DNA of 64,000 nt, from assembly GCF_006345805.1 (NCBI RefSeq), contig NC_043008.1, forward strand, positions 60,636,001 to 60,700,000, given 5' to 3'. The stretch is from Octopus sinensis (Eukaryota). The position numbers were made by a program, and so were the translations under genes. This document shows positions 53,918-64,000 of this stretch, piece by piece (positions within the stretch are counted from its first letter, which is position 1; each line of letters opens with the position of its first letter). The notes under the pieces were generated by a model. It had not been told where the DNA came from. It was given only the letters and a program-made list of their open reading frames with translations, and did not search any database.

Positions 53918-54370
53918 AGTTTCAAATATAGGCGTCGTGCCAGTAGTTTTTGATGGGAGTCGGAAGAAAACATCGACCCCAGTGCTGTACTGGTTCATAT
54001 CTATTTCTTTATTGCCCACAGGGGTGGGGGGCTAAACATAGAGGGTACCAACCAGGACAGACAAAGAGATTAAGTCGATTACATCGACCCCTGTGTGTAA
54101 ATGGTACTTATTTAATTGACCCCGAAAGTATATAAAAGGCAAAGTCAACCTCGGCGGATTTTGAACTCAGAACGTAACGGCAGACGAAATTCCGCTCAGC
54201 ATTTCGCTTGGTATGCTAACGTTTCTGCCAGCCTCACCTCCCTAAACTGGTTCAAATTTTATCGACCCCCAAAGGATGGCAGGCAAATTTAAGTATAGCA
54301 GGATTTGATTTCTGAATGTAAAGTGTCTGAACAAATAGAGCAAAATGGTGCTTTCTTTCATCTCGCCGCC
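53918..54370 (-). mobile_element. Family B SINE with a younger long-tail copy (~54000-54243) nested in it
   Basis: The host is interrupted at actggttca, present at ~53988-53996 and ~54247-54255 (probable TSD). The insert runs tctatttctttattgcccac...ctgccagcctcacc. Confidence 0.85.
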
Positions 54371-54378
54371 AAATAATG

Positions 54379-54441
<63 letters not shown>

Positions 54442-54499
54442 TAATAATAATAATAATAATAATGTATGCATGCGTGTGCGATATTTATTTACTAACACA

Positions 54500-54680
54500 A
54501 GGCAGCCGGCTGGCACACCGGGCTAAGTGCTTAGCGGATTTTGTCCGTCTTTATGCTTTAAGATCAAATCCTGCCGAAGCTGAGTCGATAAAATAAATAC
54601 CAGTTGAACACTGGCAAGTCGTTGTAATTGACTTACCCACCTCCCTAAACTTTCTGGCCTTGTGCCAAAATATGAAACAA
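54500..54680 (+). mobile_element. Diverged family B SINE
   Basis: tgcttagcggattttgtccgtcttta...gtcgataaaataaataccagttgaacactgg...ctggccttgtgccaaaatatgaaac. Confidence 0.75.
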
Positions 54681-55206
54681 ATATTTATTTACTAAAACTA
54701 GAATACACTAACAACAGAAGCCATAAGGGTTACCGTAGTTATTTTATATATATGAGTATTAGTGATTTTTTAGAACATTTTCTACGAATATCCAACAGTT
54801 AAACATTTCCCAATTGCTCTACCATTACACAGCGTTTCGAAGTTTCACAGCTAATTCTCTAATTTTCACAATTTATCTTTGTGCAAAACTCTTTTGTCAT
54901 GGAATCTTGCCATTGTGTATTCTGTCTGGATACATTTCCCCAGATATCTTAAAATTTACTTAAGAAGCTGTTACTTTTAAGAAGACTTTTTATTTTCCCA
55001 TTCGGTATACAAATTGTGGCTCCAGTGCAAGCTTTGTTGTTAACGCTGACTCACTGAAATAGTTTTCTCTCTTTTCTTTCTTTACGCTTTTGAATTATTT
55101 TATTTCACTCATCGCTTTCGATTCGTGAGTTCAAGTTATTTTTGGCCATAAGAGATTAATATGAGGAATATCCGTTCAGTGTATTTCCTTTATGTCTTCT
55201 GTATTT

Positions 55207-55528
55207 AAAAAAAAATAATAAACGTCGCCCTTTTCAACTTTAGCCAGGCTCATGGGCCCGGTTTCCCGGTTTCTGTGGCGTATGTGTTCCGCCCAGTTGG
55301 ACGGGACGCCAGTCCATCGCAGCGTTACTCAAGAAACGGGAAGAGGGAGTGAGAGAAAGTTGTGGCGAAAGAGTACAACAGGGGTCGCCACCACCCCCTG
55401 CCGGAGCCTCGTGGAGCTTTTAGGTATTTTCACTCAATAATCACACACAACACCCGATCTGGGAATCGAAACCGCGATCCTCCAACCGCGAGTCCGCTGT
55501 CCTAACCACTGAGTCATTGCGCCTCTAC
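55207..55528 (-). mobile_element. Family C tRNA SINE with V-domain-like tail (tail type 1)
   Basis: Head and middle as in 50009-50393; tail as in 5021-5279. Near-TSD tcttctgtattt (55195-55206) / tcttctttattt (55529-55540). Confidence 0.92.
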
Positions 55529-56810
55529 TCTTCTTTATTTTACAAAAGAAAAAAATTGTTGAGCTGGGACATTTTTACCCCTCTTACACTTTATGATGAT
55601 ATTTGACGTCTGATTCTGCGACGGGTTGTTGTTGGCGTTTTCTTCTAGCTTTGTTATTATCAAGGATTGCTTAGGTTGGGGGATAATTTTATCAAGTGCA
55701 TTGCAGATATAACCTGTGTTCTTTCAGAATGATTCCAGATGAATACAATTAGATAATGACAAACCAAAATTTTCGAAAAGAATTTCATATAGTCGCAAGT
55801 GCAATCGTCAATCATGTTGAAATTGGTAGCTAGCTATCTAAAGAGCCTGGTATTTGATGTCAGCTTATTGACATTGTAAACAACTATTTTCAAACTGCAG
55901 AATTTTATTGTTTTTATACTGTATATATTTCACTGTCATCTCAATTGAACAAGTTTAATATGAGGATATTGTTGACTTGAATATGTTTGCCAGAGTTTGG
56001 ATGTTTTCAGAAAACAGAAAATGTTCGCAACTGATGTAGAAGCAATTGCTATATATGACAGTGAAGACGGATGCCTGTTTTCGAAGCGCGTTTAGTCGTA
56101 AAGCGATTGGTTATATATGTGTGTATATACGTGTATGTCAGATTGTGTGAGTATGTGTCCTAGTTAGTCCAAGATTAAATGTACTAACTATATATATGAG
56201 TGAGTGATAACAGCGAGAAAGAGATAGAGATATATAGTAAAAAGAGAGAAGGGAAAACCATTAGGATGAGCTCAGCAAGGCATATTTGGGTGAGAGTGAG
56301 ATAAAACCAGAACAGAAACTAGAATGAGGAAATAATTGTTCAGAAGTCTAACAGATGTGGTTGTTTTCATATTTTTCATTCAACAATGACATCTTCCGAT
56401 CAATCCATCTATGCTACTATAACAAATGGAACGAGAGACTATAAGCTGAAAGAAACAATACATTTAACTCTAATGGAAGCGAATACAATATTGAGGTTCT
56501 GCATGCTCTCTGGGTAGAGTAGATAACGAGTTATACCAAAGAGGAATCGATTATATTCTAAGCTACATTAGCAAAAATATAACATATTCTCATGCACACA
56601 CAAACACACACACACACAAACAAACACATATAAATACACACACACACATGCACAGAGTACAAAAGACACTCAAAGTCACACACAACACATACGTAGAATA
56701 TATTTGAAAAGAAATCTGTTCCCCAAATACATACAGATACATTTATACAAATAAATCTTTGTGCATATGTGTGTATGCAGATAGATAGATAGATTGTTAG
56801 ATAGATAGAC

Positions 56811-56842
<32 letters not shown>

Positions 56843-56852
56843 AGGGCGAGGC

Positions 56853-56926
<74 letters not shown>

Positions 56927-57859
56927 TATATACACCAACGTGAACACTCACACACACTCACACACGTATATGAAATCAGATGCATGTGAGTAAAGTGTGT
57001 ATTCCATATGTCTATAGGTATGTGCGTGTACGATATTATTGAACATAAGAATATATACGTATTGTTTTGTTAACTTTTAACTTTATGGTTACATTATGAC
57101 ATATTCGCATAAAATGAATCATAAAATATAGCAGCAATTTAAAATTTCATGCTTCTCCACCTATGCGACCTCCTCATATGTATAAACAGACATGCAAATA
57201 GAGGTATAGAATTTATTTGTATGTACGTATTTGCATACAAACATAAATACACAGACACACACACAGAAGTGTGTGTGTCTGTGAGTGTCTGTGTATGAAT
57301 GTATATACTTATACTTACGTATACACTGTAAATATATAAAATGTTCGCATGCAAATTTATGCATGTATGTAACCGATTAAATGTGTACACGTATGGATAC
57401 ATCTCGATGCGGACATGTACGAACTCGTAGAATAGTATAATTGTGTATCTATGCTCATGCATGTATATTTCTGTGTGCCAATGTGTGCGTGTGTGTGTGT
57501 GTGTGTGTGCATACAAATGCGAATTGTATTTTGCATTTATTCATTATTGATTTCGCTATGGATACAATAACTGAAGATATGTACATACATGTATACCTTA
57601 CTATACACACGCACTCATATATTGATAAAGGCTATAGTGCTAGCATGTGTAATTCTACGCATTTATGTATTTAGATGTTTTTCTGTATAGGTGTAGCTGT
57701 GTGGTAAGAATTTTGCTTCCCATTCACATAGTTCTAGGTTCAGCCCCACTGTGTGGTACCTCGGGCGAGCATCTTTTACTATTGCCCCGGGCCGACGAAA
57801 GCCTTGCGAGTGGATTTTGGTGAAGTGAAAGAAGGCCAGATCGCTAGCCACTACACATT

Positions 57860-58020
57860 CTTTATTTTCTCTCCTTGTTTCTTTCTGTGTTCCTTTATGT
57901 GGAAGTGCCTAGGCTCGAAACGTTAAAGATTTTTACACTTACTGAGCGTTAAGCTAATAAGTCTGTTTGTTGTCTACACCACCTGCCTCTGTCTTTTGTT
58001 TTTATGTGAATTCTCCCCTA
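57860..58020 (+). mobile_element. Second copy of the 34870-35045 repeat; degenerate hammerhead-like motif at 57893-57928
   Basis: CTTT-ATGTGGA-A-GTGC-CTAG-GCTC-GAAA-CG-TT-AAAG, with downstream homology to 34950-35045. Confidence 0.65.
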
Positions 58021-58046
58021 TACACACACACACACACACATACACG

Positions 58047-58079
<33 letters not shown>

Positions 58080-58282
58080 GTACGTATTATGGAGATGATG
58101 TAATTGCATAGCAAGTGGCCTGCGCTAAAAAAGTAACAATTGCAGTGTGGAAGGTGTTTATATGCCATTTAAAAACACACAAAAACCGTTAGATTCAATA
58201 TTTACATTTAATTTGACAAAATATTTTCGTCGCTTTAAGAACGCGACCTCTTTACTGACAAAATTCCGTGCTGCATTATATA

Positions 58283-58575
58283 TATATTGTATAAAGGATT
58301 GTGTTTAAGGCCAAAAAAAAAAAGCGAAGTACATGCAAGGTAAATCGCAAGAAAACAAATATGTGAATTAATGTAGACTTACTTTCTATTCAATATTTCG
58401 GGGTTATGACCCAATTTTTAAGGAATTGACATCAATTTCTTAAAAATGGGGTCATAACCCCGAAATATTGAATAGAAGGTAAGCCTATATTAATTCATAT
58501 ATTTCTTTTCTTGTGATTTACCTTGCATTTACTTCGCATTGTTTTAGCCTTACCCACGATCCTTTATACAAAATA
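58283..58575. repeat. ~290-bp near-perfect palindrome (foldback element) with 2-nt centre
   Basis: ttgtataaaggat...tgcaaggtaaatc...ttctattcaatatttcggggttatgaccc...aattga-ca-tcaatt...gggtcataaccccgaaatattgaatagaa...gatttaccttgca...atcctttatacaa; the centre is 58430-58431. Confidence 0.95.
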
Positions 58576-58608
58576 CACAACACAATGCTTCATAGTAATT
58601 ATTCCATT

Positions 58609-58659
<51 letters not shown>

Positions 58660-58663
58660 TATA

Positions 58664-58710
<47 letters not shown>

Positions 58711-58750
58711 CATTTATATATATACATATATACATATATATATACATATA

Positions 58751-58869
58751 TTGACCTGCTCGCTTAGCCAGCGGGGTGGCATCATTCGAAGGCTAAAACA
58801 ATGCGAACGCATTGTGACCAGCGATGTGTAGCAACATCTGATGGTCTGGTCGGTCACGTGATCACGTGA
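58751..58869 (+). mobile_element. Isolated family C tail type 3 fragment
   Basis: cctgctcgcttagccagcggggtggc...tctgatggtctggtcggtcacgtgatcacgtga; an inverted copy is at 59258-59375. Confidence 0.85.
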
Positions 58870-58886
58870 TATACATATATATATAC

Positions 58887-58922
<36 letters not shown>

Positions 58923-59257
58923 ATACATACACATATATATATATTTATGTATATATATTTGTGTATATATGTGTGTGCGCATATGTGTGTGAGTATCTTT
59001 CTGCCTATGTTTGTCCCCCACACCATCGTTTGAAACCGACGCTGATTTGTTTATATCCCCGTAACCTAGCCGTTCGGCAAAACAAACCGATAAAATAAGG
59101 CTTACAAGCATTAAGTCCTGGGGCCAGTTTCTTCGATTAAAAACAATTTAAGGCTGTGCTCCAGCATTGTCGATGTCAAATGACTGAAACAAGTAAAGGA
59201 ATAAAAGAATATATCTATAACTATCTATCTATATGTATATATATATATATATATATA

Positions 59258-59513
59258 TCACGTGATCACGTGACCGACCAGACCATCAGATGTAGTTACA
59301 CATCGCTTGTCACAATGCGTTCGCATTGTTATAGCCTTCGAATGACGCCACCCCGCTGGCTAAGCGAGCAGGCCGACAGAAGAAAGAGTGGTGAAAGAGT
59401 ACTTTTAGGTGTTTTCGCTCAATAAACACTCACAACGCCCGGTCTGGGAATCGAAACCGCGATCCTGCGACCGCGAGTCCGCAGCCCTAACCACTAGGCC
59501 ATTGCGCCTCGAC
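59258..59513 (-). mobile_element. Family C tRNA SINE with tail type 3
   Basis: Head gaggcgcaatggcctagtggttagggctgcggactcgcggtcg...ggtttcgattcccagaccgggcg as in 50393 and 55528, then a shortened middle, then tail 3. Confidence 0.92.
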
Positions 59514-59598
59514 ACACACACACACATATATATATACACATATATATATATATATACACATATATATATATATATATACACATATATATATATATATT

Positions 59599-59720
<122 letters not shown>

Positions 59721-60079
59721 TGGCGCATTCATATGGCTCTTCGGTTGAGAGCAAGTAATATAAATTTTATCTATTGTAAAAATACTACAGAAAAATACAC
59801 AGTAGTTACTGTATAGCGTAGTTGAACATTCGACGTCAGGATTCCTAGTCAGATTTGTTGGTCACAATTGTTGATAGAAAGTGGATTTGCTGCTGTTTGT
59901 CTTCAAGATATTCACGAATTCAAACACAATTGAACTAATGCGAGGTTTTAGCCTAACAGAGGAGATTGTCAGGGGTATAGTTTCTGAACTTTAGGTTTGA
60001 AGCATAATAGCACTCCCTCATCTCATATATAGTCGAGCACAGACAATGTAGATACTTAAAAGGCAAGTTTCTCTCTATG

Positions 60080-60144
<65 letters not shown>

Positions 60145-60145
60145 T

Positions 60146-60184
<39 letters not shown>

Positions 60185-60924
60185 GAGAGAGACAGAGATA
60201 GATAGATAGATATACATAGATATATAGATATAGTTATAAAGGCATTGCATGCTTCTGACAAAGCCCTGTCCCTTTCAGGCTATGAATAAAAACATATATA
60301 TAAATATATATGTAAGCATAAATGTATGCACACACATAATACACACTTATGCGTGAGTATAATTGTGTTTATGCCTATGAGACCACCCATTTAAATATGT
60401 ACACACGCGTGCAGGTTCACACGCTCACATATATGCGCATACACACACATAACAACGTTTGTGATTGTACAAGTGTATGCCTGACTTTGACATCAATCTC
60501 TTCAATTTGTGAAAAAAATGTACATATATTTTCTTATCTGTTTACCTATATATTATTGTTACATACTCTAAGTTTAAACACGAAACGAACATGAATACAA
60601 ATATAATATATTCATATATGAATGCATTTCTAAATATGGTATTATGCTTTTACAAATGAACACATAAATCTTTCGGGATGAATGGAAGAATGGCTCGATG
60701 GAGAGGAGAGAAAATTTTAGTGTCTGGCTGTTCTTGTATATGGCTGAGTAAGATAGAATTTTCACCGCTTCTTTCTGTCCAATTGTATATTTCGTGAGGA
60801 AGATGACAAAAAAAAAAAGAAAAAAAACTAAGATAACATTGGTTGTTCTAATTGAATGTTTCATCACGTATTGGAAACAGCATTTTCTCACGTTTTAGTT
60901 ACCTACAAAATAGTCATTCGTATT

Positions 60925-61073
60925 TACTACTACTACTACTACTACTATTAATAATACCACCACCACCGCCACTACCACCAATACCACCATTACTAAGTCT
61001 AGTGTAATATTTGCTGTATTATTACAATTATTATGACCATTGTTATTATTATAACTGTTATTATTTCCATTGC

Positions 61074-61134
<61 letters not shown>

Positions 61135-61135
61135 T
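60925..61135. repeat. (ACT/ACC/ATT)n trinucleotide microsatellite
   Basis: Directly visible. Confidence 0.95.
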
Positions 61136-61610
61136 CTACTTTTAATTTGATCATTCTAAATTGAATTCCAGATGGACAGTAACTGAAAACGTACAATGCT
61201 TGATTTCATATTCTGGTTTATTGTTTATCTTTTTTTTTTCAATTATTTGATTTTTTTTTTCACTTTCCTACTTAAAATGGAGTTGTCATAGACTCCATAC
61301 AACATCATTATCAGGACATGTCTGTCTTTATATATGAAGCAATAGGAAGTTCTTCTGCCTCTCCAACAATATAAGAAGCACAAACTCAATTCGTCTGAGT
61401 AAAAAGTCGTATATGATTTATATACCTAATATGTACTTAGTCCAAATTTAAATGGTCATTCGGGGAGTTGTCTAATACTTCGACCAAATTCCATCAAGAC
61501 TATTAATTACCATTAAGGCCTTTATTTCTGAACGTTATCTCAATGTATGTGCGTTTGAGTGGAAGAATTATAGGACGTTTGAAGAAAAAGGCTCCAAACA
61601 CCCACCATGT

Positions 61611-61658
<48 letters not shown>

Positions 61659-61661
61659 TAT

Positions 61662-62141
61662 TTTATTCTTTCACTTGTTTTCGTCATTTGACTACGGCCT
61701 TGCTGCGAGATCTTCTTTGGTCGAACAAATCGACCCCATGACTTATTCTTTGTAAGCCTAGTACTTCTTCTATCGGTCTGTTTTGCCGAACCACTAAGTC
61801 ATGGGTACGTAAACGCACCAACATCGGTTGTCAAGCGATGGTGTGGGGGACAAACACAGACATACAAATACATACATACATACATACACACATACATGCA
61901 TACATACATACATACATATATACATACATACATATATAAATACACATATATATATACATATATATATACACACATATTCGACAGGGTTCTTTCAGTTTCC
62001 GTCTACCAAATCCACTCACTAAGCTTTGGTCGGCCCAAGGCTATAGTAGAAGACACTTGCAGAAGGTGCCACGCAGTGGGACTGAACCCGGAAGCATTTG
62101 GTTGGGAAGCAAGCTTCTTACCACACAGCTACACTTGCGCC
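61662..62141 (-). mobile_element. Full-length family A SINE
   Basis: cacttgttttcgtcatttgact...ttcagtttccgtctaccaaatccactcac...ccacacagctacacttgcgcc. Confidence 0.93.
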
Positions 62142-64000
62142 TATATGTATACACACGTGTTTTCCCCTAGTGGAAACTTATTGCTAGGGAAATATTCATT
62201 GTCTTGTTATTTCACTTCGTGATCTTAAATTAAATATGAAATTATGAAATAATATACATAGAACATTCTTAACCCCCCACCTTATTTATTAGGTAGTTCC
62301 AAAAACTTCTTGTAATTAATTATGTATAGCACTATTTCATTCTATTTAGAAATCCTCAGCATGATATAACTTCAAATGTACTCCTTATGTTTTTTTTTTG
62401 AACGGAGACGTTGTCTACATGGAAAATTATAAGTAAGGAAGAGGAAGATCTGTTGCCATACACAATAACCGCGTCCAGAGTGTCCAACCAAGTGAAGGCA
62501 TCATATCACAGCTAATATTTTAGCTTTGTGTACAAATGACACTCACAAATTTTGTTTGATATATTATTTGAGGGGTAGATAGTGTTTTGAAGCAGCTGTT
62601 TCATAGAAGTAACTCGTTATTTAATGTAATTAGTAACTCTTCTGAAATATGATGTTTGACATTCGTCAACATTTCAATTAGATCGCTTGAATTCACAACC
62701 ACAATTTTATAAACACGCTTTGCCCTATACCGGACATTTATTATGAGGGATATAATCATTACTGCATAATAGTTTGTGGATTAGAAATGCGAAGTTAGGA
62801 AATAATGGAAGAGATGCATCGAATATATATATAAGTAAAGGCTAATTGCTGTCACAGTTTAATTTACGTGATGTAACATTTTGAATCACAAATTTCATAT
62901 TTCATATTATAAACTGTCATGAGAGACTCACTAACAATGTACATGAATGGAGAAGATTTGGGAAAATATTCAGGAAATATAAAAGGTGTTAACTATGTAA
63001 ATTGTACAAATACTTATAAATAAATATGTCAAATTATTGAGCTTATGATTCAATAAAGTATGTATACGTGCGTGTGCATATGAGTGAGTGCTCACTTGTG
63101 TAGACGGGTACCTATAGTCATACACACATATTCAAAGATATATATATATATATAATTATATTTATGTAGATGTAGTTATGCATATATTTATGTATGTATA
63201 ATTAGCCAAACGTGACTCAAAATAACACGAATTTGGCTTGACTTTTCATTTTAGCCTATTATTTGAAGAAAAACAAATCCGATTTTTTCACAAAAATTTC
63301 AGTGTTTCTAATTAAAATATCTAACGTACACAGTTAAAAATAATTATTTCCTAATTTCTTTCTCTTAAATGCATATATCTTTAGCTTCTGGTACATAATT
63401 TTATATCTTTTTTTCAAAGTAAAACGTTTATAATAACATCTGTTTGCAATAGACCGAATAGACTACCCTTCCATCCAAGGGGATACTTATCTTACTTCCG
63501 CAATAAAAGGAGACTCAAGAACTGCATTACAGTGAAGGAAACACGTGAAAGCAATTACTGCATCGTGTCTTGTTCTTCGTTCCTCAAATGTTATTGGAAT
63601 AATATATTGTTAAACATTTGCTTTAATATGTTGACAATGTCGACGCTTCAGACAACCAATTAATAAGATATTTTCTGATGATTTAAAGTTAAGCTGGCCT
63701 TAAGTACATTACTTGCCATAGTTGTTATTCTTGATTATGACATTACTATTTTTCTTTTTTTCGTTTTCAAGAATGAGAACACTTACACCTGTTTTGCATA
63801 GATATTTCGAAATAATTTGCAATAAATATGTAAGGAACTTTCCAATGTTGTTCTCATCCAGTAAACATCAGTTCAAAGTTTGTTGGCGTTATTACTGAGT
63901 TTGACAGTTTGCCAGAATCTTTCACTTCACGTTCCAAGCAATTTGTACTGACGGAAAATTTATCTATTTTCATACAATCCTCTTAAAATAATGAGTGAAG

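Larger units (their letters stand above)
57690..59209 (+). mobile_element. Family A SINE whose halves (57690-57843 and ~58985-59209) are separated by ~1.1 kb of nested insertions
   Basis: 5' half gtagctgtgtggtaag...gccttgcgagtggattttggtg..gaaagaag; 3' half tgtttgtcccccacaccatcg...tcaaatgactgaaacaagtaaag. Confidence 0.75.

Noticed and set aside
62500-62535. tatcacagc resembling the miR-2 5' end
   Set aside because: Only the seed-length part matches, and the local hairpin is far too short for a precursor.

Overview
This is eukaryotic, very AT-rich DNA saturated with microsatellites, with one 100-N scaffold gap (17413-17512). The interspersed repeats look like the tRNA-derived SINE families I recognise from octopus (coleoid cephalopod) genomes; that taxon call is inference. 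I can support no intact protein-coding gene. Nearly all ORFs in the track are translations of (TA)n, (CA)n or (AAT)n repeats, or of SINEs. The window reads as a large intron or intergenic region. It holds more than 30 SINE copies or fragments of three families (called A, B and C here) and an internally deleted mariner with intact TIRs and TA target duplication. It also holds decayed DD37D (maT-type) and hAT transposase fossils, non-autonomous Helitrons, an R4/Dong-type LINE 3' end sitting in (TAA)n, and several foldback/palindromic elements. Four things most deserve a second look. (1) Several short repeats carry a minimal type-I hammerhead-ribozyme layout, one with a canonical CUGANGA/GAAA core, and a three-unit tandem array may be related. 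(2) The family C SINEs swap heads and tails in a modular way. (3) Elements nest inside the central microsatellite of family A SINEs. (4) There are near-perfect hairpins of about 290 bp and 59 nt. None of these is shown to be new; each needs the stated checks.
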